A DNA stretch of 27,857 nt from a virus (IMGVR_UViG_2737471861_000021); one strand, 5' to 3'; counted from the stretch's first letter, positions 7,497-18,102 are shown. Notes: generated by a model from the letters alone, not told the origin. Made by a program: numbers and translations.

Positions 7497-8489
7497 ATGA
7501 CAATGGCTGTTAAAGGCTTAACTGCGCTAACGCTGGCTGACTGGGGTAAGCGCGTCGATCCAAACGGGAAAGTCGATAAGATTATCGAGCTTCTCGGTCA
7601 AACTAACCCGATCCTTCAGGATATGCCTTTTGTCGAAGGGAACCTTCCTACCGGACACCGAACCACCATTCGTTCTGGTTTACCTTCAGCTACCTGGCGT
7701 TTGCTGAACTATGGCGTACAGCCAAGCAAATCAACCACAGTGCAGGTAACCGATTCCGTTGGCATGCTGGAAACCTATGCTGAAGTCGATAAGTCACTGG
7801 CTGATCTGAACGGTAATACCGCCGAATTCCGCCTGTCTGAAGACCGCGCATTTATTGAAGCGATGAATCAGCAGATGGCGCAGACACTGTTTTATGGTGA
7901 TTCCAGCGTTAACCCTCAGCAGTTTATGGGACTGTCCTCCCGCTATTCCAGCCTGTCTGCGGGTAATGCTCAGAACATCATTGATGCTGGTGGCACGGGT
8001 ACAGATAACACCTCAATCTGGTTAGTGGTGTGGGGCGAAAACACCGTGCATGGCATCTTCCCGAAAGGGCAGAAGGCTGGCATCCAGATGGAAGATAAAG
8101 GCCAGGTGACACTGGAAGATGCGAATGGCGGCAAGTACGAAGGCTACCGTACCCATTACAAATGGGACAACGGACTTGCTCTGCGTGACTGGCGTTATGT
8201 TGTTCGCATTGCAAACATCGATGTCAGCAATCTTTCAGAACCTTCCTCTGCCGCAAATATTGCGAAGTTGATGGTTAAAGCACTGCATCGCATTCCAAAT
8301 CGTGGCATGGGTCGCCCGGTGTTCTACATGAACCGCACTGTAGGCCAGGCTCTTGATCTGCAATCTCTGGAGAAAACATCTCTGGCGATCAGCGTAAAAG
8401 AGACAGAAGGCGAGTGGTGGACTTCATTCCGTGGTGTACCAATCCGTGAAACTGATGCGCTTCTGGAAACAGAAGCCCGCGTGGTGTAA
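7497..8489 (+). CDS. Major capsid protein
   Basis: 330-aa ORF with a strong RBS, following the scaffold gene and followed by a hairpin. Size and position match the major capsid protein of epsilon15-like or T7-like heads. Confidence 0.75.
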   Translation: MTMAVKGLTALTLADWGKRVDPNGKVDKIIELLGQTNPILQDMPFVEGNLPTGHRTTIRSGLPSATWRLLNYGVQPSKSTTVQVTDSVGMLETYAEVDKSLADLNGNTAEFRLSEDRAFIEAMNQQMAQTLFYGDSSVNPQQFMGLSSRYSSLSAGNAQNIIDAGGTGTDNTSIWLVVWGENTVHGIFPKGQKAGIQMEDKGQVTLEDANGGKYEGYRTHYKWDNGLALRDWRYVVRIANIDVSNLSEPSSAANIAKLMVKALHRIPNRGMGRPVFYMNRTVGQALDLQSLEKTSLAISVKETEGEWWTSFRGVPIRETDALLETEARVV

Positions 8490-8505
8490 CGCCTGTTATT
8501 AACCT

Positions 8506-8525
8506 GTGGGTCGTAACAGACCCAC
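8506..8525 (+). terminator. Stem-loop after the capsid gene (attenuator or stabiliser)
   Basis: GTGGGTC-gtaaca-GACCCAC hairpin about 17 bp after the capsid stop; no clear U-tract. Confidence 0.3.
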
Positions 8526-8540
8526 TAATGGAGAAAGAAG

Positions 8541-8978
8541 ATGATCACCGACAAACTGTTGATGTTCTCCGAAGCTCAGGCGGTTACGAATACCGCGGCT
8601 TCTACTGACGTAATCGATCTCGGTCCAATTGATGGAAACCGTCGCGATATCGGTGTGGGTTACCCGCTTGAGTTTTGGGTGCTGGTTAACGAAGCCGCCA
8701 CGGCAAGTGGTGAGGCAACTGTAAACATCCAGTTGCAGACGAGTGAGAATAACAGCTCATGGACCACTATTTATGATAGTGGCGCACTGGCAAAGACCGC
8801 CCTGGCAGCAGGTAAACGAGTTGTTTCTGCAAAGGTGCCTGCCGGTGTTCAGCGATATCTGCGTGTTAACTACTCCGTCGCAACTGGCCCACTAACGGCC
8901 GGCAAATTCACTGCGGGTATCAGTCTGGATGTTGATGCCAATACGCCGTACCCGATCCGCTCAAAAGTAACTGGTTAA
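8541..8978 (+). CDS. Virion structural protein (possible capsid decoration protein)
   Basis: 145-aa ORF with RBS GGAGAAAG. Position after the major capsid gene; composition suggests a beta-rich fold. Confidence 0.45.
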   Translation: MITDKLLMFSEAQAVTNTAASTDVIDLGPIDGNRRDIGVGYPLEFWVLVNEAATASGEATVNIQLQTSENNSSWTTIYDSGALAKTALAAGKRVVSAKVPAGVQRYLRVNYSVATGPLTAGKFTAGISLDVDANTPYPIRSKVTG

Positions 8979-8988
8979 GGTGATATCG

Positions 8989-9324
8989 ATGTCAGGTGAG
9001 AAACCAAGATACCGCGTTCTGCGCCTCTCTCATATCCATAACACTCTGTGGCCGGAGGGGGCAGAAATCGAATACGAAGGTGAGCCTGGTAGCGCACTGG
9101 AACCTGTTAACGATGCAGCCAGACAGGCAAAAGCAAAGGTAGCAGGAAAGGTGACTATGGCAGCAACCAGCACCAAAATCATCAACGATGTGTCAGATGA
9201 TGGTGAACTGGATAAGCTCCGTGAAGAGTACGAATTGCTCTTTAACGAGAAGCCACACCATAACGCCAAAGCCGAAACGCTCCGCGAGAAGATCGCAGAT
9301 AAGCGTAAAGAACTGGGCGTGTAA
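8989..9324 (+). CDS. Small virion-associated protein, function unknown
   Basis: ATG at 8989 with an AAGGTGA RBS (track ORF 8980..9324); charged and helical C-terminus. Confidence 0.45.
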   Translation: MSGEKPRYRVLRLSHIHNTLWPEGAEIEYEGEPGSALEPVNDAARQAKAKVAGKVTMAATSTKIINDVSDDGELDKLREEYELLFNEKPHHNAKAETLREKIADKRKELGV

Positions 9325-9340
9325 GCCTCGCGAATCAGAC

Positions 9341-9363
9341 AAGGGGCTTCGGCCCCTTTATTG
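9341..9363 (+). terminator. Intra-operon rho-independent terminator or attenuator
   Basis: AAGGGGC-TTCG-GCCCCTT stem with a tetraloop, followed by TATTG. Confidence 0.5.
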
Positions 9364-9374
9364 CAGGAGTGTAT

Positions 9375-9698
9375 ATGGAACTCGTAAACCTCAAAACCGG
9401 CACTGACAGCTACCAGGATGAGAGCGGAGAAACCAGAACTCGCGATGAATACCCGTGGGGGCTGTGCATCACTCTTAATAACGACACATTGAATAAGCTG
9501 AAGGCGCAACCTCAGGGCGTCGGAACAGAAGTGATGATAACTGCAAAGGCTGTTATTCGAGGCCTGTCTGCCAGAGAAACTGACGATGGTGTTAATCGCA
9601 GCGCCGATCTGCAGATCACTGATATGGCGATCGCTCCTGTTTCCGGGGATGTAGAAAAATCAGCGGCTGAAACTCTGTACGGTAACGGAGGTGAGTGA
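9375..9698 (+). CDS. Small structural-module protein, function unknown
   Basis: ATG at 9375 with an AGGAG RBS (track ORF 9369..9698); its stop overlaps the next gene's start. Confidence 0.45.
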   Translation: MELVNLKTGTDSYQDESGETRTRDEYPWGLCITLNNDTLNKLKAQPQGVGTEVMITAKAVIRGLSARETDDGVNRSADLQITDMAIAPVSGDVEKSAAETLYGNGGE

Positions 9699-10303
9699 TG
9701 GCCTCTGTAGTAGAGATCTGTAATCGTGCGCTGTCCAATATTGGCAATAGCCGCAGCATTAACAGCCTGAAGGAAGCCAGCAAGGAAGCGGGGGAATGTT
9801 CGCTGCACTTTGAGGCCTGCCGTGATGCTGTGCTTTCTGATTTTGACTGGAACTTTGCTACCAAACGCGTGGCGCTTGCAGATACGAGCAATCCACCGCC
9901 TGACTGGGAATATGCGTACCAGTACCCGTCAGATTGTCTGCGCATTACTGAAATTATGCTTCCTGGTGTACGCAATCCAACAGCAGCAATGCGCGTTCAG
10001 TACGAAGTTGGTGCAGACACCGACGGAACAGGAAAGTTGATCTACACAGACCAGCCGCAGGCATGGCTCAAGTATGTCTCTCGCGTTTCAGATGTGAACA
10101 TGTTTGATGCCATTTTTATGGAGGCGTTGGCCTGGCGTCTTGCGGCAGCCATTAACATGGCGCTGACTGGGGATGCGGATCTCGGTACATTTGCTCTCAA
10201 TATGTACAATCGCGTGATTCTTAGTGCTGGCTCGCATAGCCAGAATGAATCACAGGAACCACAGCCACCGGTTGACGAGTTTACCATTGCGAGGTTGTCC
10301 TGA
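9698..10303 (+). CDS. Tail adaptor / gatekeeper protein (T7 gp11-like)
   Basis: About 201 aa; N-terminal 'EICNRALSNIGNSRSINSL' resembles the gp11 N-terminus (recollection). Size and position just before the large nozzle-like gene fit. Confidence 0.5.
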   Translation: MASVVEICNRALSNIGNSRSINSLKEASKEAGECSLHFEACRDAVLSDFDWNFATKRVALADTSNPPPDWEYAYQYPSDCLRITEIMLPGVRNPTAAMRVQYEVGADTDGTGKLIYTDQPQAWLKYVSRVSDVNMFDAIFMEALAWRLAAAINMALTGDADLGTFALNMYNRVILSAGSHSQNESQEPQPPVDEFTIARLS

Positions 10304-12774
10304 TGGCTATCAGTTGGATCCAGCCCAGCTTTGCCGGTGGTGAGATTGGACCGTCGTTGTACGGTCGTATCGACATGGCGAAGTACCAGGTGGCATTGCG
10401 CAAGTGCGATAACTTTATCGTGCGGCAGTATGGCGGCGTTGAGAATCGACCTGGTACGCGTTTTGTCGGTGCCGCCAAATACCCAAATCGGAAATGCCGC
10501 CTGATCCCGTTCCAGTTCTCGACGGTTCAGACCTACGCTCTGGAGTTCGGACACCAGTACATGCGCGTTATCAAAGATGGTGCGTTGGTGCTGAACAGCA
10601 GCAATGTTATTTATGAAATTGCCACACCATATACTGAAGCCGATCTGTTCCGAATTAAATTCACGCAAAGCGCCGACGTGCTTACGCTGGTTCATCCGGC
10701 ATACCCGCCGAAAGAGTTGCGCCGCTATGCGCATGACAACTGGCAACTGGTTGATGTGGTAACGAAGAACGGGCCATTTGAAGATATCAATATTGACGAG
10801 TCAGTGACGGTTTATGCCAGCGCCAGCACCGGGACAATTACGTTAACGGCAAGCGCCTCTATTTTTGGCGCGGAGCAAGTAGGCAAATTGTTCTATCTGG
10901 AACAGCCTGCAGTGGATTTAGCACCGGTATGGGAAACCAGTAAGAGTACGTCGATTGGCGATATTCGCCGTGCAGACAGTAACTACTATCGCGCCGTTAC
11001 AGCAGGCAAAACAGGTACTTTGCGCCCTTCGCATACAGAAGGCACATCATGGGATGGCTGGGGCGGATCCGGTGATGATGATACTGGCATTGAGTGGGAG
11101 TATCTGCACAGTGGTTTTGGCATTGCCCGTATCACTGCTGCAAATGGCACTACTGCAACTGCCGAGGTAATTTCCTATATCCCTTCGCAGGTCGTTGGCG
11201 AGGATAATGCCAGCTATAAATGGGCTAAATATGCTTGGAACAGTGTTAATGGCTATCCTGGCACTGTTGTTTATTATCAACAACGTCTTTACTTCGCCGC
11301 ATCGACTGCGTTCCCTCAGACTATCTGGGCCAGCCGTACTGGGGATTATAAGGATTTTGGCAAAAGCAATCCTACGCAGGATGATGACAGAATTATCTAC
11401 ACCTATGCCGGGCGTCAGGTTAATGAGATCCGCCACCTGATTGATGTTGGTTCGCTGGTGGCGCTGACTTCCGGAGGTGAGTACGTCATCACCGGCGACC
11501 AGAACAAAGTATTAACCCCATCATCATTTGCATTCAGCTCTCAGGGATCAAATGGCTCGAGCAATGTCCCACCAATTGCCGTGGCGAATATTGCTCTGTT
11601 CGTCCAGGAGAAAGGCAGTGTTGTCCGTGATCTGGCCTACTCATTCGATGTTGACGGTTATCAGGGGAACGACCTTACTATCCTTGCCAATCATCTTTTT
11701 CAGAAGCACAGAATTGTTGACTGGTGCTTCTCGATTGTCCCTTACTCTAGTGCCTTCTGCATTCGTGATGACGGTAAATTACTGGTGATGACCTATTTGC
11801 GTGATCAGCAGGTTTTTGCATGGGCACCACAATCCAGTACCGGAAAATATGAAAGCACATGCAGTATCAGCGAAGGAAATGAAGATGCGGTGTATTTCGT
11901 CGTTAACCGAACCGTTAACGGGCAAACAGTGAGATACATCGAGAGACTGTCCAGCCGTTTATTTACCAGCGATGAAGATGCTTTCTTTGTTGATTCTGGC
12001 CTTAGCTATGATGGAAGAAATACGTCTGACAGAACGATGATCATCACTGGTGGTTCTGGTGAATGGGATTACCGCGCGGAATATACAATCAGTGTTTCTG
12101 GTGGTGCGTACTTCACCAGTAGTGATGTCGGTGCGCAACTACAGTTCCCTTATACCGGAACTGTTCCTGATACTGGCGATGAAGTGTCAAAAGAATTACG
12201 TTGCGACATTATTTCTGTAACCAGCAATACCGCTGTAGTGGTTCGTGCTAACAGGAACGTCCCGCCATCCCTCAGGAATGTGGCCACCACGAACTGGCAG
12301 ATGGCGCGCCGGACATTTGGAGGCCTGTCTCATCTTGAAGGCCAGACCGTAAACATTCTCTCTGATGCGAACGTGGAACCACAGAAAGTGGTTTCCGGAG
12401 GTGCCGTCACGCTGGAATCTCCGGGGGCTGTAGTGCACATCGGCCTGCCAATAACTGCTGAATTCGAAACACTGGATATCAACATTAACGGACAGGAAAC
12501 GCTGCTGGACAAAAAACAGGTGATCCCCTCCGTTACTCTGGTTGTGAATGCCAGTCGCGGCATCTGGGCGACTACGCCCGGCGGTAAATGGTACGAATAT
12601 CCACAGCGTGAATTCGAGTTCTACGATGATCCTGTTGATGATGCTACCGGAAAAGTAGAAGTGAAACTGGACAGTAACTGGGGCAAAAACGGACGTGTAA
12701 AAATCCGTCAGCTTGATCCGTTGCCGCTGTCTGTTCTTGCCGTTATTCCTCGCCTTACTGTTGGGGGATTCTGA
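10303..12774 (+). CDS. Tail tubular protein B / nozzle (T7 gp12-like)
   Basis: 823-aa ORF after the adaptor gene; size and order match a podovirus nozzle protein. Confidence 0.55.
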   Translation: MAISWIQPSFAGGEIGPSLYGRIDMAKYQVALRKCDNFIVRQYGGVENRPGTRFVGAAKYPNRKCRLIPFQFSTVQTYALEFGHQYMRVIKDGALVLNSSNVIYEIATPYTEADLFRIKFTQSADVLTLVHPAYPPKELRRYAHDNWQLVDVVTKNGPFEDINIDESVTVYASASTGTITLTASASIFGAEQVGKLFYLEQPAVDLAPVWETSKSTSIGDIRRADSNYYRAVTAGKTGTLRPSHTEGTSWDGWGGSGDDDTGIEWEYLHSGFGIARITAANGTTATAEVISYIPSQVVGEDNASYKWAKYAWNSVNGYPGTVVYYQQRLYFAASTAFPQTIWASRTGDYKDFGKSNPTQDDDRIIYTYAGRQVNEIRHLIDVGSLVALTSGGEYVITGDQNKVLTPSSFAFSSQGSNGSSNVPPIAVANIALFVQEKGSVVRDLAYSFDVDGYQGNDLTILANHLFQKHRIVDWCFSIVPYSSAFCIRDDGKLLVMTYLRDQQVFAWAPQSSTGKYESTCSISEGNEDAVYFVVNRTVNGQTVRYIERLSSRLFTSDEDAFFVDSGLSYDGRNTSDRTMIITGGSGEWDYRAEYTISVSGGAYFTSSDVGAQLQFPYTGTVPDTGDEVSKELRCDIISVTSNTAVVVRANRNVPPSLRNVATTNWQMARRTFGGLSHLEGQTVNILSDANVEPQKVVSGGAVTLESPGAVVHIGLPITAEFETLDININGQETLLDKKQVIPSVTLVVNASRGIWATTPGGKWYEYPQREFEFYDDPVDDATGKVEVKLDSNWGKNGRVKIRQLDPLPLSVLAVIPRLTVGGF

Positions 12775-13238
12775 TGATCGATGTTCAAATTATTCCCGCA
12801 ACCGAAGAGCATCTTCAGATGATTTTGCCGGATGTTCGTCAGGCTGATATTGACGAACTGTATGCGGTATCGCTGATGACTACCGAAGATGCGCTGCGTG
12901 TTGGTCTTCGCACTGCGACTATGGCCTGGTCAGGGTTCGCGAACGGAGAACTGGTAACCATGTTTGGTGTATCTCCGGCGTCAATGATCGGTGGCAATGG
13001 TACGCCCTGGCTGGTAGGAACCAGCCGTATTGAAAAATATCAGAAGACATTTCTTCGCCACTGCCGCCCTGTATTGCAGCAGATGCTGGCAGTTTATCCG
13101 CGCCTGGAAAACTACGTCGACGAGCGAAACCATGTTGCCAAAGCATGGCTGCACTGGCTTGGATTCAGGCTTGAAGAAGCCGCGCCTTATGGTGCTCTTG
13201 GTCTTAATTTCCACAGATTTCACATGGAGAGAAAATAA
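12774..13238 (+). CDS. Virion-associated protein, function unknown
   Basis: 154-aa ORF translationally coupled (TGATG) to the nozzle gene. Confidence 0.45.
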   Translation: MIDVQIIPATEEHLQMILPDVRQADIDELYAVSLMTTEDALRVGLRTATMAWSGFANGELVTMFGVSPASMIGGNGTPWLVGTSRIEKYQKTFLRHCRPVLQQMLAVYPRLENYVDERNHVAKAWLHWLGFRLEEAAPYGALGLNFHRFHMERK

Positions 13239-13777
13239 TGTGTAACCCAGCCATCGCTTTGGTTGCCGTCACAGTGGCATCCACAGCCGCGTCAATGTAC
13301 AGCCAGAGCAAGCAGGCAAAATACCAGTCAGCCATAGCTGATCGGAATGCTGAAATTGCTGAAGCTCAGGCACAGGATTCAATCAATCGTGGGAATATTG
13401 AAGCGGATCAGCGTCGTCGTGAAATGCGTCAACGCTCAGGCACTGCGGCGGCCACTATGGGGGCTACCGGTGCGGAATTAAGTAGCGGAACAGCTCTTGA
13501 CGTTTTTGCTGATAATGCTCAGTTCGGCACTCTTGATGCGTTAACGACAGTGAATAATGCTCAGCGTGAGGCATATGGGTATCAGGTTCAGGGAATGAAT
13601 GCTCAGGCACAGGGGGCTGCTGCTCAGTCGGCTGCTAAATCATCGATGACCAGCACTTTGTTAACGGCACCACTAAAAGCATACGGTGCATACCAGATGG
13701 GCGGAGGAACGTGGAGCCCATTCTCTCAGAAGGCTGCGCCGATTTCTGCTGCTGTTGGCACTCCAACCGGTCGATAA
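13238..13777 (+). CDS. Internal virion protein (gp14-like, putative)
   Basis: 179 aa with a hydrophobic N-terminal segment (AIALVAVTVASTAAS) and an Ala/Gln-rich remainder. Sits at the head of the run of large core genes. Confidence 0.45.
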   Translation: MCNPAIALVAVTVASTAASMYSQSKQAKYQSAIADRNAEIAEAQAQDSINRGNIEADQRRREMRQRSGTAAATMGATGAELSSGTALDVFADNAQFGTLDALTTVNNAQREAYGYQVQGMNAQAQGAAAQSAAKSSMTSTLLTAPLKAYGAYQMGGGTWSPFSQKAAPISAAVGTPTGR

Positions 13778-13789
13778 GGGGATAATAAG

Positions 13790-16303
13790 ATGCCAGTTGT
13801 ACCAACAACATCGGGCCGTCAGGTTCAGAGCAGGGGGATTTCGACGCAGGGATTCTCATCGTTTCAGACGCCAAATGTCGGTGATGTACTTGGCGATGTT
13901 GCAGAGCAATATGCAGGTATTATTGCGCAGGCAAAACAGCGTGCGAATGTTGCTATGGCTCAGGATGCTTCTCTTAGCTTAAGCCAGATAAGCAGCGATC
14001 TGCTGAATAACCCTGAAACAGGTTTGCTTAACCTGAAAGGGAAAAATGCTATTGGAAAAGGTCAGGAGTATACGCAGCAGTTTGATGCCCAGGTCGAGCA
14101 ACTGGCTATGTCGCTGCCGGATGAACAGGCTCGTAATGCTTTCATGCAGCAGGCGCAGCAGCAGCGCATTCAGTTCACTACGCAGGCCGGGCGGCACGAG
14201 ATAGGGCAAATAAATGCCTACGAAGAAGGCCAGTTTCAGGCGACGCTGCTGAACAATGGTAAAAATGCCGCAGCATTGTATGGCGACAACGCCGCATACG
14301 TATTGGCTAATAAGCAAACTTTCCAGCAAATTGAGGATTACGGCATTGCGCATGGCTGGAGCGACGAGCAAATCCAGGCCAAGAAAATCGAGTTTAAAGA
14401 GAAGGTTGCTGATGCAGCATTGTCCCAGTGGTCGGCAAACAATGCGACCGCATTCATCCAAAGTAATGGCGAGTTAAGTGATACTGCTGCTGGAGCTCGC
14501 CGTGCTGTAGCAGATAGTGATTCTTCCGAGCGTGCCCGTGGCATACGCAACAATAACCCAGGAAATCTCGAATACAGCAAAACCAATCCGTGGGTAGGCC
14601 AGACCGGTGATGATGGTCGATTTGCTAAATTCGAAACACCTGAACACGGGATTCGTGCATTAGGGCGGAACCTGATGTCGTATCAGAGGCAGGGTATTGA
14701 TACCGTCAGCGAGATAATTAATCGCTGGGCACCGCCTACTGATAAAAATGACACTATGTCGTATATCAAAGCAGTGTGCGAACAACTTGGCGTTTCTGCT
14801 GATGAGCCTCTCGATGCATCTAATCCTGATACCCTGAAGGCGCTTTGTGCAGCCATTATCCATCATGAGAACGGTAGCCAGCCATACAGTGATCAGCAGT
14901 TAACTGCTGGTGTCAGTGCAGCACTTGGTTTATCAACAATTCCAACCAACACCAAACGCTATACCGGTAATGCAGCATTCGATGCGGCATCTCCTGAGGC
15001 GCAGGCAAGTTTTATGCGACAGGCGGATCAACTGCGTCGGCAGCAGCAGGCTGAATATAAAACGATGATTGACAGCCAAGTTCGCGATGCGACATCTGCG
15101 TATATGCGTGGCGTTGAATTTCCTAACCCACCTGGTGAGGCTGATTTTATTGCAGCTTATGGAGTCAGAGAAGGAAACCTGCGATATACCGAGTTCAGAA
15201 ATACGCAAATCGCCGGACAGTATATAGGCTCTTTCCGCAACATGCCGACAAGCAGCATTACAGCATATGTTGAGCAATTACGCCCGGATACTGGTGAGAC
15301 AGGGGAGGGGTATGCGGCACGCGCAGCTCTTTATGACAACGTTGTTTCGGCTGCAAATCAGGTGATAAAGCAGCGGCAATCGGATCCTGTGCAGTTCTCT
15401 CTTGCCGCCGGACAGGCAAAGCCTATCGACATGAGCAATAAGGATAACTTTGGACAGAGCGTTGCCTTGCGTGCCGCTCAGGTCAGTGACCTTGCTAAGT
15501 CATATGGCACTCCACTGACGTTCTTTTCCAAAGACGAGGCCAATCAGATCGGTGTTTTCTTTCGTGATGCTCCAGTTTCCCAACAGGCAGCATATCTCGA
15601 TACCATCAGGCAGAGCACTGGTGGTGGGCAGGTGTATATGTCAGCACTACAGCAGATCAGTGCCAACGCTCCATCTGCTGCCGTTGCCGGGATACTGATG
15701 GATAAGCCAGGTGGTATTTTGGCAGAAAAAAACTGGTTTAATCCGGATGTTTCCGTGTCTCCTGAAACCGCTGCGCAGACAATTCTTGCTGGCGCGGCGG
15801 CTCGTAAAGGTACTGATGATGCGAAAGGTATTCCGATGCCTAAAGATGCTGATCTTCGCCTTGAGTTTTCTGACATGGTGAAGGATGCATTTGCTGGTGA
15901 CGCTCAGGGGGCATCAATGGCATACGAGATCGCAAAGGATTATTACGCTGGTGTGATGGCGAAAAAAGGCGTGGTATCAGGCGAAATTGACAATGATGTC
16001 TGGAAACAGGCTGTTAACGTAGCTACAGGTGGCGTGCATGACTATAACGGAATGGGGAATGTCCTTTTGCCGTGGGGAATGTCTGCGGAGCAATTCGATA
16101 AGCAGGTTAATCAGGCTTGGAATGAACAAGTTGTCGGCTCCGGGATAAAAACACCGCCTGGTCAGTATGGTTTGCAAAGTTACGGCGATAGTCAGTACCT
16201 GGTGAAACTTGGTACTGGTTATCTGCTGAAAGATGATGGTTCTCCCGTTGTTCTTAATCTGACACAGAAGCGTCAGAGATTCTCCGGAGATATTCCGCAA
16301 TGA
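13790..16303 (+). CDS. Internal core / ejection protein
   Basis: 837-aa ORF in the core-protein block. Carries a conserved-looking 'GIRNNNPGNLEYSKTNPWVGQ...GRFAKFETPEHGIRA' segment of unassigned function. Confidence 0.6.
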   Translation: MPVVPTTSGRQVQSRGISTQGFSSFQTPNVGDVLGDVAEQYAGIIAQAKQRANVAMAQDASLSLSQISSDLLNNPETGLLNLKGKNAIGKGQEYTQQFDAQVEQLAMSLPDEQARNAFMQQAQQQRIQFTTQAGRHEIGQINAYEEGQFQATLLNNGKNAAALYGDNAAYVLANKQTFQQIEDYGIAHGWSDEQIQAKKIEFKEKVADAALSQWSANNATAFIQSNGELSDTAAGARRAVADSDSSERARGIRNNNPGNLEYSKTNPWVGQTGDDGRFAKFETPEHGIRALGRNLMSYQRQGIDTVSEIINRWAPPTDKNDTMSYIKAVCEQLGVSADEPLDASNPDTLKALCAAIIHHENGSQPYSDQQLTAGVSAALGLSTIPTNTKRYTGNAAFDAASPEAQASFMRQADQLRRQQQAEYKTMIDSQVRDATSAYMRGVEFPNPPGEADFIAAYGVREGNLRYTEFRNTQIAGQYIGSFRNMPTSSITAYVEQLRPDTGETGEGYAARAALYDNVVSAANQVIKQRQSDPVQFSLAAGQAKPIDMSNKDNFGQSVALRAAQVSDLAKSYGTPLTFFSKDEANQIGVFFRDAPVSQQAAYLDTIRQSTGGGQVYMSALQQISANAPSAAVAGILMDKPGGILAEKNWFNPDVSVSPETAAQTILAGAAARKGTDDAKGIPMPKDADLRLEFSDMVKDAFAGDAQGASMAYEIAKDYYAGVMAKKGVVSGEIDNDVWKQAVNVATGGVHDYNGMGNVLLPWGMSAEQFDKQVNQAWNEQVVGSGIKTPPGQYGLQSYGDSQYLVKLGTGYLLKDDGSPVVLNLTQKRQRFSGDIPQ

Positions 16304-18102
16304 GTTACTTTGGCCTTAATCCAGTAAACCAGAATCAGCAGCTTGACGAAGCAGCATCAAATCCAGCTGGCTTTAACAGCGATGTTGGTTTTTTCGACAA
16401 TGCTGTAGGAGCGGCATTGTCTGGTTTGTACTCCGGGCTGGTGGCAAAGCCAGATCAGTTGCTATGGGCAGGGATGGATAAAATCGTATCCCCGATTGCT
16501 CAGTTTGTTAACGAAAACACCTCGCTCAATGACACTTCAGTTTCATACATTGCCGAGCAGAGAAAACTAGCAGAGCAGCAGGTTAAGCGGCTGACGCCTG
16601 ATGCCGCGACAACCGGAACCGCCGGGCAGGTCCTTTATGGGTTGTTCGATATGGGAGGGCAGGCTGTTGTCGGTACAACGCTCGGTGGTCCGGTCGGAGG
16701 TGCTGCGGCGGTAACTTCTCTACAGGGTTTTTCTGAGTTTGAACGGCTGACAGCACAGGGTGTTGATTTCAGGACGGCGCAGGAAGCGGGATTAGTGCAG
16801 GGTATTACTGCTGGTGCCGGAACACTGATCCCTATGAGCCTCGGGTTACGTGCTGGTGGTGCGCTGGCGGAAGGTGTGGCGGCCCAGCTTGCGCGGACGG
16901 GTGAAAGTTCAGTGCGACGCGCCGCAGCAACAGCAGTACGTGCAACGCCAGATATTGCCTATGCCGCAGGTACAAATATTGCGTTCGGTATGGCACAGCG
17001 TGGGCTTACTGCAAAAACGCTTCGTGATGGTGGCTATAGCGAAATGGCTAACCAGTATGATGTGTTGGATCGACAGGCAATTGCTATTGATGCTGTTCTT
17101 GGGGTGGCGTTTGGTGGTGTCGGCAGATTTATGAACTCTCGCGGCGAGTCTACAAGCGCACCAAATTTTTCACCAGTTGATGTTGATGCTGCACTGGCGG
17201 CGAATGCCGCTCATCATGCTGAAATTGATATTGCGCCCGGCGTGCCGATCAACGTGCTTTCGCGCAATTCTCACATTCAGGCTCTGCGAAAAGCTATGTC
17301 TGATGTTAGCCAGGGGAGACCTGTAGACGTTGCCAGCATTGTTGAGTCTGCATCTTTCAGTGAAATTCCTGGGCGCAAGAGTCTGCTGTCTCAGGCAGTT
17401 AATGAGGCTCTGTCATCTGTAGATGATGGAGTAACGGCGCGCGCTATAGAAAATCGGTTGCTTGAAGAACAGGCCGCGCAGCTTTTGCCGCGTGGCGATA
17501 GACAGGTTTACCAGTCTGAAATCGCTAATAGCCAACGAATTATTGAAAATCTCACTGAACAGCGCGCACAAATTCTTGCAGAAGAGCCAACCGGTAGCGG
17601 TAAAGCTTTGTCTCGTGCTCGATCAGATAAACAGGTCAGACTTCGCGATATTGACCAACGAATCCGGCAGGCACAAGAGCGCCTGGAATTTTCCCGTAAC
17701 GCGTTGGCACCGCATGAGCCTGGCGGTCAGTTTTTTGAAGCTCGAGCAGAACTGGCACGACGACAGCAGGCAGAAAGTGAACTTAATGCTCAGGCTGTTT
17801 CATTCTATAAAACAGCAGAGGTCAGGACGCCAGACGAAGTAGCTCCTTTTGAGCCCGGTAAGATATTGCAACAGACAGAACAAAAAATGATGGCAGATCC
17901 GGCAGGAGATATTGATCTGCGTATAGCTGAAGACTCGCTGCTTGAATCACCTGACATGATAATCACCGTGCTGGATGATGATGGTAATCCACAATCGCGC
18001 AGTGCGCGTGAAGTACTGGATGAAGCGAACAGGGAAAGTGAGCAGGCAATACAGGATTCCAGCCTGTTTGATGTCGCTGTGGCGTGTTTCTTGAGGGGTT
18101 AA
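16300..18102 (+). CDS. Internal core / ejection protein
   Basis: 600-aa ORF with an ATGA overlap to the upstream gene; Gly/Ala-rich with a predicted hydrophobic stretch. Confidence 0.6.
   Translation: MSYFGLNPVNQNQQLDEAASNPAGFNSDVGFFDNAVGAALSGLYSGLVAKPDQLLWAGMDKIVSPIAQFVNENTSLNDTSVSYIAEQRKLAEQQVKRLTPDAATTGTAGQVLYGLFDMGGQAVVGTTLGGPVGGAAAVTSLQGFSEFERLTAQGVDFRTAQEAGLVQGITAGAGTLIPMSLGLRAGGALAEGVAAQLARTGESSVRRAAATAVRATPDIAYAAGTNIAFGMAQRGLTAKTLRDGGYSEMANQYDVLDRQAIAIDAVLGVAFGGVGRFMNSRGESTSAPNFSPVDVDAALAANAAHHAEIDIAPGVPINVLSRNSHIQALRKAMSDVSQGRPVDVASIVESASFSEIPGRKSLLSQAVNEALSSVDDGVTARAIENRLLEEQAAQLLPRGDRQVYQSEIANSQRIIENLTEQRAQILAEEPTGSGKALSRARSDKQVRLRDIDQRIRQAQERLEFSRNALAPHEPGGQFFEARAELARRQQAESELNAQAVSFYKTAEVRTPDEVAPFEPGKILQQTEQKMMADPAGDIDLRIAEDSLLESPDMIITVLDDDGNPQSRSAREVLDEANRESEQAIQDSSLFDVAVACFLRG

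Noticed and set aside
6922-7503. 193-aa minus-strand ORF antisense to the scaffold gene
   Set aside because: Shadow ORF inside the scaffold coding region; hydrophobic and low-complexity; no RBS.
10042-10746. 234-aa minus-strand ORF spanning the adaptor/nozzle junction
   Set aside because: Antisense to two strongly supported + strand structural genes; Arg/Cys-rich shadow-frame composition; no start context.
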